Assembly: GCA_031394735.1 (NCBI GenBank)
Contig: JANMXI010000075.1
Location: forward strand, 435 to 64,434
Source of the DNA: Pseudomonadota bacterium
Lineage (GTDB): Bacteria > Pseudomonadota > Gammaproteobacteria > Steroidobacterales > Steroidobacteraceae
Reading direction: 5' to 3'
DNA length: 64,000 nt
Shown here: in pieces, positions 1 through 9,035 of the stretch
How the letters are laid out: every line of letters starts with the position of its first letter
Numbering within the stretch: position 1 is the stretch's first letter
Translations under genes and position numbers: made by a program
Notes under the pieces: generated by a model
Seen by the model: the letters and a program-made list of their open reading frames with translations, nothing else
What the model was told of the DNA's origin: nothing
The model's database searches: none

Positions 1-149
1 GCGCTACCGTACAACGCATCGCTCAGGATCTGACCCTGTCTGCATCGACGGTCGGCACGCATCTTTACAACATCAAACAAAAGTTGAATGTCGTCAATCA
101 ATCCGAGCTGACGTTGCTCGCGCTTCGACATGGGCTGATCGGAATTTAG
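1..149 (+). CDS. C-terminal LuxR/GerE-type HTH of a regulator (5' part outside window)
   Basis: Frame 3 reads ATVQRIAQDLTLSASTVGTHLYNIKQKLNVVNQSELTLLALRHGLIGI then TAG 147-149. This is a typical LuxR/FixJ (GacA/UvrY-like) DNA-binding helix-turn-helix. Confidence 0.7.
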   Translation, partial: ATVQRIAQDLTLSASTVGTHLYNIKQKLNVVNQSELTLLALRHGLIGI

Positions 150-213
150 CCTACGATGAATTGTCGCACTCAACGCGAAAGGAATTAAGTGCGAACAGCG
201 CCTCATCACCAAC

Positions 214-627
214 CTACAACATTTCTGCGTCGACGGCTGCCGCTCGGAATCGTTTGAGAAGATTCGGATGAAGCGTGCCATGGCGCGGCGATTGCCCATG
301 CGGTGCACGCGGGGGAACCGCGAACCAGTCGCTGGTATACGGCAGCAACATTCGTTCGCGTAGATTAAATTTCGTTGGGTAACTCAGGCCAGCCAGTTAG
401 TAGGCCGCCGCATCGACCATTGCAATGGCGAACTCACCGGAGTGCAGCTTATCGACTCGCTGAAAAGTACCGTACGCCACCAACACCCGATAGAGCGGAG
501 CGTTCGCGTCATCAACGATAGTCGCCAGTGCCGGGCGATGCTTGGGCCCCGGCTTGAGGACCTCATTCTCGGGGAATGCGCCATGCCGCGATGCCAGCCC
601 CTCACGGACGAGAACCGGAAACCCCAC
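214..627 (-). pseudogene. Tentative PemK/MazF-like ORF interrupted by one in-frame TAA (397-399)
   Basis: The same minus frame is open on both sides of the TAA: ...KPGPKHRPALATIVDD..VLVAYGTFQRVDKLHSGEFAIAMVDAAAY*LAGLSYPTKFNLRERMLLPYTSDWFAVPP...AAVDAEML. It runs from GTG 625-627 to TAG 214-216. The family call rests only on remembered K-x-RP-x-L style toxin motifs. Confidence 0.35.
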
Positions 628-1135
628 CAAGGTAATGCACCGCCGACATCGCCTGCGCACGCACCCCCACCGCCATGCTCGCCTCGTCGATATCAAAATA
701 CGGTGAGTGAGTGGTCCCCTTCGGAAAGCCAATCCCCAACCAATAGTAGAGCGAGGGAATGTCCTTGCCATAAAAGGCAAAGTCCTCCGAACCCGGCGAA
801 TAGTCGACCTGATCGTTCACATTGCCGTTGCTGGCGCTCGCCAACACCGGTGCAAGCGAGGCCATCAGTGCAGGATCGTTGATGATGGCGGGCGTCGGCG
901 GCTCCCACGTGATCGCGCCGGAACCGCCATAGCGGGTGGCAATGCCGGCGACAGTCGCTTCCGCTTTTGACATCACCTCTTTGCGCATTGCCGGGTCAAA
1001 GGTCCGCAGCGCGCCAACCTGGTCGTGTTGAGCGCGGATCCCCTGGCCAACCCCGACAACTACAATGCTATTCTCGATATTTACAACGACGGCATTCGCG
1101 TGGATCGAAGCGCTCTGCCGTCGAAACGGATTCTG
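602..1135 (-). pseudogene. 3' remnant (~177 codons) of an M20/M20D amidohydrolase (aminoacylase/hippurate hydrolase-like)
   Basis: The motif order GALRTFDPAMRKEV .. PPTPAIINDPALMASL .. SEDFAFY .. HSPYFDIDEASMAVGV matches the C-terminal half of ~400-aa M20 enzymes. The frame is closed by TGA 1136-1138, only 30 nt from the divergent ddpX start, so the N-terminal metal-binding half is absent. Confidence 0.6.
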
Positions 1136-1167
1136 TCACTGAAGTAGCGCGCGACCGAGGACACCCA

Positions 1168-1923
1168 ATGCGACACATTTTCCTGCTCATTGCCGCGGCA
1201 TCGATCTGCGCCTGCCACAACGCGGGACATCACGAAACGCCCGCCCGTGCCGAAGAATCGCCGACTTTTTTTCATCTGGAGCCTATCAAACCGCTGGCGG
1301 AATTATTACCGGCGGCGCTCGGCGCCAAACCACCAGCCGAGCAGGGAGAATTCCGTCACGCAGACCTGGTCGAGGTCATTTCACTGGATCCCACGATCAA
1401 ACTGGACATCCGCTATGCGACGACGCGCAACTTCCTGAGCACGCCGCTGTACAGCCAGCCGCGCGCCTTTCTACAGCGGCCGGCTGCGCAAGCTCTGGTC
1501 CGCGTGCAGCGCTCGCTCAAGGACGAAGGCTACGGACTCCTCATCCACGATGCCTACCGGCCCTGGTATGTCACCAAGATCTTCTGGGATGCGACTGCGC
1601 CGGAGAATCACAAGTTCGTTGCTGATCCCGGTCAGGGCTCGCGGCACAACCGTGGCTGCGCGGTTGATCTGACGCTGGTTGACCTGAAATCCGGCCAGCC
1701 CATCACGATGCCCAGCCTGTACGACGAGATGAGCGCCCGCGCCTACCCGACCTTCGAGGGCGGCCCGGTCGAGCCTCGCCGCCTGCGGAACCTGTTACGC
1801 AAACACATGGAGGCCGAAGGCTTCGATGTGTACGAATTCGAATGGTGGCATTTCGACTACCGCGATTGGCGTTCCTACTCGATTCAGAACACTCGCTTCG
1901 AGGATCTTGGGTTCGCGCAGTAA
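1168..1923 (+). CDS. ddpX: D-alanyl-D-alanine dipeptidase (peptidase M15D, VanX/DdpX family) with N-terminal signal-like segment
   Basis: RYATTRNFLSTPLY, GYGLLIHDAYRPWYVT, SRHNRGCAVDLTLVD and EWWHFDY are VanX/DdpX hallmarks. ATG 1168 is preceded by GAGGA. The upstream part of ORF 967-1923 (TTG start) lies over the M20 remnant. Confidence 0.85.
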   Translation: MRHIFLLIAAASICACHNAGHHETPARAEESPTFFHLEPIKPLAELLPAALGAKPPAEQGEFRHADLVEVISLDPTIKLDIRYATTRNFLSTPLYSQPRAFLQRPAAQALVRVQRSLKDEGYGLLIHDAYRPWYVTKIFWDATAPENHKFVADPGQGSRHNRGCAVDLTLVDLKSGQPITMPSLYDEMSARAYPTFEGGPVEPRRLRNLLRKHMEAEGFDVYEFEWWHFDYRDWRSYSIQNTRFEDLGFAQ

Positions 1924-1963
1924 CAGCGCAACAGCGTAAATGCCTGCACGGATAACCCTAGAA

Positions 1964-3871
1964 TCATGGTGTTCTCCTCGCGTTGGAAATCAATGTCGCA
2001 CAGTCCGCATCCGCAGTGAGGCCCGGATCCACAAACGCCAGTATTGAAGCCAGTGGAGTCAGAATGAGTCCCAACGCAACCGCTCCTGCTGCCTGACCCA
2101 CGGAATGCTTGGCCTGAAGGCCGATCGCAGGACGCGACAGAGTCCCCTGCAGTAACAAGGGCGATCGGACACGCCCTAATCTCACGCGCTTCGGATGACC
2201 CGCGAGGCGCAGATCAATCGCCTCCGTGTCCAATCGAATACGCCCTTCTCCGCTCACGAGCACGTCCTGCGTGTCCAACACCAGGTGCTGCGCCGTCAGC
2301 ACACCGTTGCGCGCCTGGAAACTGGCGACGCCACAGCGAATCGGCGTAGTTTGAGTTTGCTTCGAGACAAGCATGCCCAGTCCTCGCAAGTCGACCCCAG
2401 CAAGCTCGGCAAATGCCGTCCGCACTTCGCCGCGCGGAATTACGGCAGTCAGCTCGCCCTCGGCGCTCGCCGCGACCTGGTGAACCGACGCCCCCTTGCC
2501 ATGGATTGTGACGCGTGCCGTCAGGGTTCCTTCCAGCGGCGGGTCGACATTCTCCTTGCGAACAAGCCGGCTCAACTGCAAAGCACTCATCTTCACATCG
2601 ACGGCAGCAGCAGGCACGTCGGGCCGTGCATCGATCGTGACGGTCGACCGCAATTTTCCCTGCAACAGGTCTGCGGTCAGGGGCGACGCCTTCAGGACGC
2701 CGCTCTCCAAGGTACCGTCCGCCGCGACGTCGAACAGCGAATAACGGCCCACCACCACTTCGTGCGCGCGATACTTCAGTGCGCCATCGACGCGCAGTAT
2801 CGAAGCACGATTGAACATCGCGTTCGACAAAAGTAAACGCGGATTCTTATCCGATTTAGCGTCGCCTGCAGCCGCACGCTCACCCGTGTCCGCGAGCCGC
2901 AGACGTTGCGAATCCAGTGTCGCGGTGATGCGCGGCCTTGTCGTCGACGTCTCGATCGACACCATGCCCTGCACATCGCTTTGTCCAAAGGTGAGAGAGA
3001 GATCCTTATAAATAAACAGCGTTCCGCGTCGATCGAAAGCCGCGACGAGTCGATACGCTCCGGTGTTGATCAAGGTCACACCGGTCAGGAAATACAGATC
3101 GTGCAAATTCGAACCGCTCGCCTCTGCAGTGCCCTCCATGTCATTCAGCGACAGCGGCTGCCGCAGTACGCCTCGTCCCTTGATCTGCGAACCACTCGAC
3201 TGCTCGGAAAAGGTGAACGCATACGGTTTGTCGGGCGACAAACTCGCCAATGACGCGCCGTCAATCTCGATAGCCGTTGCCCGCGTATTGAGTTCCCCGA
3301 TCGCAGTCAGGCGCAATGGCAAAGCCGTGGCAGGATTCGCGCGATCGTCCACCGTGACGGAGCCGCGAAATCGCAGGCGTCGACGCTCATCGTCCAGACT
3401 CACAGTGGCATCGCGCATCGACAACGCATGAATGAGTGGTATTGCTCCAGAGGAACCCTTCTTGGAGTCCCGCCACTGCCAATTGGCCTGGCCTGCAGAA
3501 TTGCGCACCAGATGCAGGGCTGCCTTCTCCAACGCCAGTGATTGGATGACCATCGGCCCGGTGACACTCGACCAGTCGATCATGAGCGTCATACGCCCAA
3601 CAGTCGCCGTTGTTCCTGCGGGCACCCACGGCGGATTTTCGATCGTCACGTCATCGGCGACGATTCGCGGGTGGCGTGTAAACACGTGAAATGTCAGAGA
3701 TCCGTGAACTTGCACGGCACGATGTGCGCGTTGCGACAGCAGCCGGATCACAGACTCATGAAACCACCCGGCTTGCAGCGCCAGCGCCAGCCCAACGCCA
3801 ACCAGCAAGAACCCGCTCAGCGCAAACATCAGCACGATCAACAGTCGACGCAGTGTCGGTCGCTCGTTCAT
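1964..3871 (-). CDS. asmA: AsmA family outer-membrane biogenesis protein
   Basis: 635 aa with an N-terminal TM anchor (LLIVLMFALSGFLLVGVGLALAL), a long beta-rich body and an AsmA-like C-terminus (..GTLSRPAIGLQ..). Confidence 0.75.
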   Translation of the reverse strand: MNERPTLRRLLIVLMFALSGFLLVGVGLALALQAGWFHESVIRLLSQRAHRAVQVHGSLTFHVFTRHPRIVADDVTIENPPWVPAGTTATVGRMTLMIDWSSVTGPMVIQSLALEKAALHLVRNSAGQANWQWRDSKKGSSGAIPLIHALSMRDATVSLDDERRRLRFRGSVTVDDRANPATALPLRLTAIGELNTRATAIEIDGASLASLSPDKPYAFTFSEQSSGSQIKGRGVLRQPLSLNDMEGTAEASGSNLHDLYFLTGVTLINTGAYRLVAAFDRRGTLFIYKDLSLTFGQSDVQGMVSIETSTTRPRITATLDSQRLRLADTGERAAAGDAKSDKNPRLLLSNAMFNRASILRVDGALKYRAHEVVVGRYSLFDVAADGTLESGVLKASPLTADLLQGKLRSTVTIDARPDVPAAAVDVKMSALQLSRLVRKENVDPPLEGTLTARVTIHGKGASVHQVAASAEGELTAVIPRGEVRTAFAELAGVDLRGLGMLVSKQTQTTPIRCGVASFQARNGVLTAQHLVLDTQDVLVSGEGRIRLDTEAIDLRLAGHPKRVRLGRVRSPLLLQGTLSRPAIGLQAKHSVGQAAGAVALGLILTPLASILAFVDPGLTADADCATLISNARRTP

Positions 3872-4595
3872 GAGGGCCTGTAACGAAGGAATATTGGTCT
3901 CCTGAAGTGGTCTGTAGCATCCGTCGCGTGTCTGCCAGACCGACGCCGCGATGACGGTGCGGGTGTGTATCCCCTCATTCTCATCGTTTCACGTGCTCAA
4001 TTGATAGGGAAAACCCTGATTTCACCCGACTGTTGACCCTGTGCTTCAGCATCGGCGCCGCCCGGCGATAAGGGGAGGTGAGCTTTAACCCCAACGAGCT
4101 GCGACGGCGAGCGCTCCTCGCAGCATGCGCTGCCCTAGTGGCTGGCCGACTCGCACCTGCCGCGCACCCCGACCCATGCCTCGTCAACGTCCTATAGCCC
4201 CTTCCCGGGTTGAGGCGTGTAGTCATTCACCCACAACGAGCGGTGGATGTTCCTGATAGTAGAACGGTGAAACACGGTCCATTCTTTCCACATGGCACCA
4301 AAATCCACCTCCCCAACGGCCGCGACGCAACACCGTCAGCGCAGAAATCGCACCGCCGAGGACGACTCCACCGTGGTTGTCGTTCGCGCATTCAGCACCC
4401 TGATCAAGCGCCGCGGCAGCATGCCGTCGAGCGACACCGCCACGGTTGCCGCCGACGGGACCATTGGCGATAGTCGGCCGGCGCCGATCGAACCGAGCAT
4501 CGACACTCCGCCACCCACCAAATCCAAGCGCCAACACCTGGATGAAAAGGCCCATGCCTACTCGGAGTTCTGTAGATCGCGCTGTTAAGAGCCTG

Positions 4596-5831
4596 TCAAC
4601 GGTATTTTCCAAACTCCATTCTCGCGATGGCCCGATTGTGCACGTCGTCCGGCCCGTCGACGAGCCGCAGGGTGCGCGCGTGGGCGTAGGCCTTGGCCAG
4701 CCCGAAGTCAGTGGTCACCCCGCCGCCGCCGTGCGCCTGAATGGCATCGTCGATGATTTTCAGCACCATGCGCGGCGCCGCCACCTTGATCATGGCGATC
4801 TCGAGCTGCGCCGCCTTGTTGCCGACGGTATCCATCATTTGAGCCGCCTTCAGACATAGCAACCGCGTCATCTCCAGGTCGATGCGCGCGTTGGCGATTC
4901 GTAGCTCCCACAGCGATTGTTCCGCGATCTTCTTGCCGAAAGCGGTCCGCGACAACAGCCGAATCGTCATCTTTCGCAACGCTTCCTCGGCCATGCCGAT
5001 CGCGCGCATGCAATGGTGGATGCGGCCCGGCCCCAGTCTGCCCTGCGCGATTTCGAAGCCGCGCCCGTCGCCGAGCAGCATGTTCGATGCCGGCACCCGG
5101 CAATCCTTGAGCACCACCTCGGCGTGACCATGCGGCGCATCGTCGAAACCGAACACCGGCAGCATGCGCACGATCTCCACTCCCGGCGTGGCCATCGGCA
5201 CCAGGATCATCGACTGCTGCTGATGACGCGCGGCGGCAGGATCCGACTTGCCCATGACGATGGCGATTTCGCAGCGCGGGTCACCGGCACCTGAGGACCA
5301 CCATTTCCGGCCGTTGACCACGTAGTCAGCGCCATCACGTTCGATGCGCGTTTCGATATTGGTCGCATCTGAGGATGCGACGCCCGGCTCGGTCATCAAA
5401 AACGCTGACCGGGTCTTGCCGTCCATCAGCGGTTGCAACCAGCGCTGCTTTTGCGCCAGCGTTCCATAGCGATGGAACACCTCCATGTTCCCGGTGTCCG
5501 GCGCGGAACAGTTGAAGACCTCGGAGGCCCATTCGACCCGGCCCATCTCCTCGGCACACAGCGCGTATTCCAGATTGGTCAGTCCGGGCCCGACGAATTG
5601 AAAACTGTCATCGACATGCTTGTGACTCGAGGCCGGAGGCATGAACAGATTCCACAGTCCGTCCGCCCGTGCCCGCACTTTCAGTTCTTCGATGACCTGC
5701 AGCACCTTCCAGCGCTCGCCGGTTGCTTGCTCGGCGGCGTAGTCGACGTCTCGCGGCACGACCTCCGCGTCCATAAACGCGCGTACCCGGTCGCGCCAAA
5801 GTGTCTCGCGATCGCTTAATGTAAAATCCAC
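4596..5831 (-). CDS. Acyl-CoA dehydrogenase family protein (ACAD10/11-like)
   Basis: [31 protein letters not shown] and the C-terminal [17 protein letters not shown] pattern. GTG start at 5829-5831 with AAAGGA upstream. Confidence 0.9.
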   Translation of the reverse strand: MDFTLSDRETLWRDRVRAFMDAEVVPRDVDYAAEQATGERWKVLQVIEELKVRARADGLWNLFMPPASSHKHVDDSFQFVGPGLTNLEYALCAEEMGRVEWASEVFNCSAPDTGNMEVFHRYGTLAQKQRWLQPLMDGKTRSAFLMTEPGVASSDATNIETRIERDGADYVVNGRKWWSSGAGDPRCEIAIVMGKSDPAAARHQQQSMILVPMATPGVEIVRMLPVFGFDDAPHGHAEVVLKDCRVPASNMLLGDGRGFEIAQGRLGPGRIHHCMRAIGMAEEALRKMTIRLLSRTAFGKKIAEQSLWELRIANARIDLEMTRLLCLKAAQMMDTVGNKAAQLEIAMIKVAAPRMVLKIIDDAIQAHGGGGVTTDFGLAKAYAHARTLRLVDGPDDVHNRAIARMEFGKYR

Positions 5832-5854
5832 AATAGTCCTTTAATTATTTGTAA

Positions 5855-5883
5855 TTTATAATATTTATACTAAATGAAATCAA
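5855..5883 (-). promoter_or_regulatory. Sigma70-like promoter candidate inside a 48-bp AT-rich spacer
   Basis: The minus strand reads TTGATT (5878-5883, overlapping the SDR stop codon), then 17 nt, then TATAAA (5855-5860), about 25 nt upstream of the ACAD GTG. The surrounding DNA is >60% GC. Confidence 0.35.
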
Positions 5884-6659
5884 AACGTACCCGGGAACGC
5901 GCCACCGTCCATCAAGAAACTCTGTCCGGTGATATAGCCGGCGTGCTCGCTGCAAAGGAACGCGCAGGTCTGCCCAAATTCGGCCGGCGTCCCGAAACGC
6001 CCGGCTGGAATTTTCGCCCGGTCGGACGCCGCGATTGCCTCCTCGCCCTCGCCCGCACCCTTCGCCGCGCGGGCAATGCCCTGACGCAGTCGGCGGGTAT
6101 CGAAGGACCCGGGGAGCAGATTGTTGATCGTGACATTGCGGTGCGCGACCTGACGGGCAACGCCGGCCACGAAGGCCGTCAGACCCGCGCGCGCTCCGCT
6201 GGACAGGTCCAGACCCGAAATCGGCATCTTGACGCTCACCGAAGTGATGTTGAGTATCCGCCCGAAGCCACGTTCCGACATCGTGCCGATCACCCTCTGG
6301 ATCAGCTCGATCGGCGTCACCATATTCGAGGTGACGCCTGCCAGCATCGCGGCGCGATCCAGCTCGCGAAAATCGCGAAACGGGGGCCCACCATTGTTGT
6401 TGATGAGAATATCCGGATCGGGGCATGCGGCAAGCACCGCCGCCTGACCCTCGGGCGTGCCGATATCACCGGCGATGGCAATCACGTCCACCGAAAATCC
6501 GCTGCGGATCTCCTGCGCGGTCGCCTCCAGCGCTGCCCGGTCACGGCCATTGATGACCAGGGAGACGCCGGCCTCAGCCAGCGCGACAGCGCAGCCCTTG
6601 CCGAGCCCGGCGCTCGATGCGCACACGATGGCCTTACGGCCGCGAATACCCAGATCCAT
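5880..6659 (-). CDS. SDR family oxidoreductase (3-oxoacyl-ACP reductase-like)
   Basis: N-terminal Rossmann motif CASSAGLGKG, NNNGGP, catalytic-region S..SGARAGL, 259 aa. Confidence 0.9.
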   Translation of the reverse strand: MDLGIRGRKAIVCASSAGLGKGCAVALAEAGVSLVINGRDRAALEATAQEIRSGFSVDVIAIAGDIGTPEGQAAVLAACPDPDILINNNGGPPFRDFRELDRAAMLAGVTSNMVTPIELIQRVIGTMSERGFGRILNITSVSVKMPISGLDLSSGARAGLTAFVAGVARQVAHRNVTINNLLPGSFDTRRLRQGIARAAKGAGEGEEAIAASDRAKIPAGRFGTPAEFGQTCAFLCSEHAGYITGQSFLMDGGAFPGTF

Positions 6660-6668
6660 TGCTACTCC

Positions 6669-7808
6669 TTACTGTCCGGTCTTGAATCGTTGCCAGATGC
6701 GCGTCAACACCCTTGCCCGATCCACCGGATCCGCCTGTTGCACGAACAAGCGGGCCCGCTCCTCCGTCGTCGGATAAATCATGGAATCGCTCGCGATCGA
6801 CACCTCGACACCGCTGGTGGCCGCCGCGTTCGCATTGGCATAGCGCGTGAAATTCGAAATGCGCGCCATCACGCGCGCATCCATGACGTAGTTCAAGAAG
6901 GCATGCGCATTGGCCGGGTGCGGCGCATCCTTCGGAATGGCCATCATATCGAACCAGATGATCGAGCCTTCCTTTGGAATCACAAAGCCGATGTCCACGC
7001 CATTGCCGCTTTCCACGGCACGCGCCCGCGCCTGCGCGGCGTCCCCGTTGTACGCAACCGCCACACAGATGTCGCCGTTCGCCAAGGCTTGCGTATAGGC
7101 AAAGGAATCGATGGTGCGCACATAGGGACGGGCACGCATCAAGGCACTTTCCGCATCTTGCAGATCCTTTGTGGAGGGGTTGTTCGGATCCCGGTGCAGG
7201 AACGTCAGAACCAACCGGATGACGCCGGCCGGGTTGTCCAAGACGTTGATTCCGCAATCCGCAAGCTGGGAGGCAACGGCGGGATCGAACACCAGACTCC
7301 AACTGTCTGCTGCGATGCCGCCCAGCCGCTTGCGAACCATCGTCTGATTGAAACCGATGCCCTCGGTTCCCCACAGGTAGATGGCGCCATGCCGATTGCC
7401 GGCATCGTTGGGGGCGACCTGCTTCAGCAACTGCGGGTCCATGTTGGCAAGATTCGGCAGCCGCGTCTTGTCCAGATCCTGATACACGCCTGCGGCAATC
7501 TGTCGTTCAAAATACGGCGCCGAGGGAAACACCACATCAAAGCCGCTGCTGCCCGCCAGCAGTTTGGTCTCCAGGGTTTCATTGGTATCGAAAACCAACA
7601 CCTGGGTCTTGATGCCTGTCTTTTTCTCGAAGTCGGCCAGGGTGTCAGGGGCGAGGTAATCCGGCCAAATATACACGCTCAGCACCTGTGCCTTGCTCGC
7701 GCCCAACTGCGCCGAGGCAGGGCCGGCGCTCTGCGGCCCCCCGCACGCGCTCACCGCGCCAACGCTCAGCAGGCAGGACAACAGAGGGTTTCGCGCGATC
7801 CGCGGCAT
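6669..7808 (-). CDS. Polyamine (putrescine/spermidine) ABC-type periplasmic binding protein, PotF/SpuD-like, orphan copy
   Basis: Signal/lipobox-like SACGG and YIWPDYLAPDTLADFEKKTGIK...FDTNETLETKLLAGSSGFDVV. It is 379 aa and closely parallels the second copy at 56487-57626. Confidence 0.85.
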   Translation of the reverse strand: MPRIARNPLLSCLLSVGAVSACGGPQSAGPASAQLGASKAQVLSVYIWPDYLAPDTLADFEKKTGIKTQVLVFDTNETLETKLLAGSSGFDVVFPSAPYFERQIAAGVYQDLDKTRLPNLANMDPQLLKQVAPNDAGNRHGAIYLWGTEGIGFNQTMVRKRLGGIAADSWSLVFDPAVASQLADCGINVLDNPAGVIRLVLTFLHRDPNNPSTKDLQDAESALMRARPYVRTIDSFAYTQALANGDICVAVAYNGDAAQARARAVESGNGVDIGFVIPKEGSIIWFDMMAIPKDAPHPANAHAFLNYVMDARVMARISNFTRYANANAAATSGVEVSIASDSMIYPTTEERARLFVQQADPVDRARVLTRIWQRFKTGQ

Positions 7809-7850
7809 TCGAAGACTCCGATATATACTTTGTCATCCGGGAGGACACGA

Positions 7851-8303
7851 ATGATCAACCGCAGAGATACCATACTCGGGATGTCGGCACTAGGCACGAC
7901 GGGTCTCGCACCCGCCTCGGCACAGACGCTGGAGCGCAACAAACGCAATGTGATGGCGTTTTACGATCTCATGTTCAATCAATGCCAGCCCGCGGCAGCG
8001 ATCGAAAAATATGGGGGCCAGCAGTACATCCAGCACAATCCGGGTGTCGCCGACGGCAAGGCGGCCTTCATCGACTACTTCACGCGCATGGCCAGGGAAT
8101 ATCCGGGAAAGACCGTTGAATTCAAGCGCGTGATCGCCGAAGGCGCGTACGTCGTGTTGCATTGTTTCCAGCACTGGCCCAACGACCACGATTGGGCCGG
8201 CATGGACATCTTCCGTCTGGATGATCAGGGGAAGATTCTCGAGCATTGGGATGTGCTGCAGATCGTTCCGGACAAGGCGGCGAACAACAATGGCATGTTC
8301 TGA
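7851..8303 (+). CDS. SnoaL-like/NTF2-fold protein with twin-arginine-type signal
   Basis: MINRRDTILGMSALGTTGLAPASA signal, then NKRNVMAFYDLMFNQ..YIQHNP..DIFRLDDQGKILEHWDVLQ typical of the SnoaL/polyketide-cyclase-like fold. Only the last 151 codons of ORF 5874-8303 are credible. Confidence 0.7.
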   Translation: MINRRDTILGMSALGTTGLAPASAQTLERNKRNVMAFYDLMFNQCQPAAAIEKYGGQQYIQHNPGVADGKAAFIDYFTRMAREYPGKTVEFKRVIAEGAYVVLHCFQHWPNDHDWAGMDIFRLDDQGKILEHWDVLQIVPDKAANNNGMF

Positions 8304-8306
8304 ACA

Positions 8307-9029
8307 GTGACCGGCACGGCAACACCGGTGGAGGCGCGCAAGGATCTGCGCACGGCGGGAACCACCCTGGTGGTTCGCGACACCGGCAGCGTGAAAGTAC
8401 TGATGCTGCTACGCCAACGCTCCATGCGCTTTTTCGGAGGCTTCTGGGTGTTTCCAGGCGGCGCCGTCAACACCGCAGAGGCGGCGGCCACGCGCGATGA
8501 CAAGAATGCCTCGATCGACTCCGCAGCGACCGCGGCGTGCCGCGAGATGAGGGAGGAAGCAGGGTTGACCGTACCGGCGGTTGCGTTGTTGCCGTGGGCA
8601 CGCTGGATCACTCCAACGGCCGTGCGCCGGCGCTTCGACACCTTTTTTTTCCTCACCAAATCACCACCCGACCAGCAAGCGCACGTGGCCGATTCAGAAT
8701 CCACCGAGATTCGCTGGGTCGATCCGGGCATATGGACCTCAGCCTCGTTGACCGGAGATTTTCCCCTAACGCCACCGACGATCATGGTGCTGCGCGAATT
8801 CTGGACGGCGCTGCAAGTCCATGGCTCGTTCGATGCGCTGATGGATCGGGAACGGCAGCGGATTATCCGGCCCGTGTTGCCCAAACTGCTCGATGGCGGC
8901 ATCGTGGTGATGCCCTGGGATGCACAGTACGAACGCGAGCGCGGCGAAGGCATTCTGTGGGACGCGCCGGCCATCGCCCAACGGAGCGGTTGGCCATCGC
9001 GGCTCACCGCCGCGGTTCACGCGGCCTAG
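8307..9029 (+). CDS. NUDIX hydrolase
   Basis: Nudix box GGFWVFPGGAV(x)..AACREMREEAGL. GTG start 4 nt after the preceding stop. Confidence 0.75.
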   Translation: MTGTATPVEARKDLRTAGTTLVVRDTGSVKVLMLLRQRSMRFFGGFWVFPGGAVNTAEAAATRDDKNASIDSAATAACREMREEAGLTVPAVALLPWARWITPTAVRRRFDTFFFLTKSPPDQQAHVADSESTEIRWVDPGIWTSASLTGDFPLTPPTIMVLREFWTALQVHGSFDALMDRERQRIIRPVLPKLLDGGIVVMPWDAQYERERGEGILWDAPAIAQRSGWPSRLTAAVHAA

Positions 9030-9035
9030 CGTTCT

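Noticed and set aside
3990-4170. Cobalamin-riboswitch-like fragments on the plus strand (ATAGGGAAAACCC..CACCCGACTGTTGA, later ..GCACCTGCCG)
   Set aside because: The GGTG..AA.TCC core and a proper B12 box are missing, the spacing is off, and no B12-related gene lies downstream on that strand. I also saw no RNase P, tmRNA, SRP or 6S signatures here.
5874-8303. 809-aa plus-strand ORF
   Set aside because: Most of it is antisense shadow over the SDR and PotF-like genes (Arg/Gly/His-rich nonsense typical of high-GC DNA). Only the last 151 codons (7851-8303, SnoaL-like) look real.
8641-8650. Homopolymer runs (T8 in the NUDIX gene; A9/T9 at about 14551-14560 in gltX) as phase-variation sites
   Set aside because: They encode Phe-Phe-Phe in conserved contexts of housekeeping genes, and both reading frames are intact.
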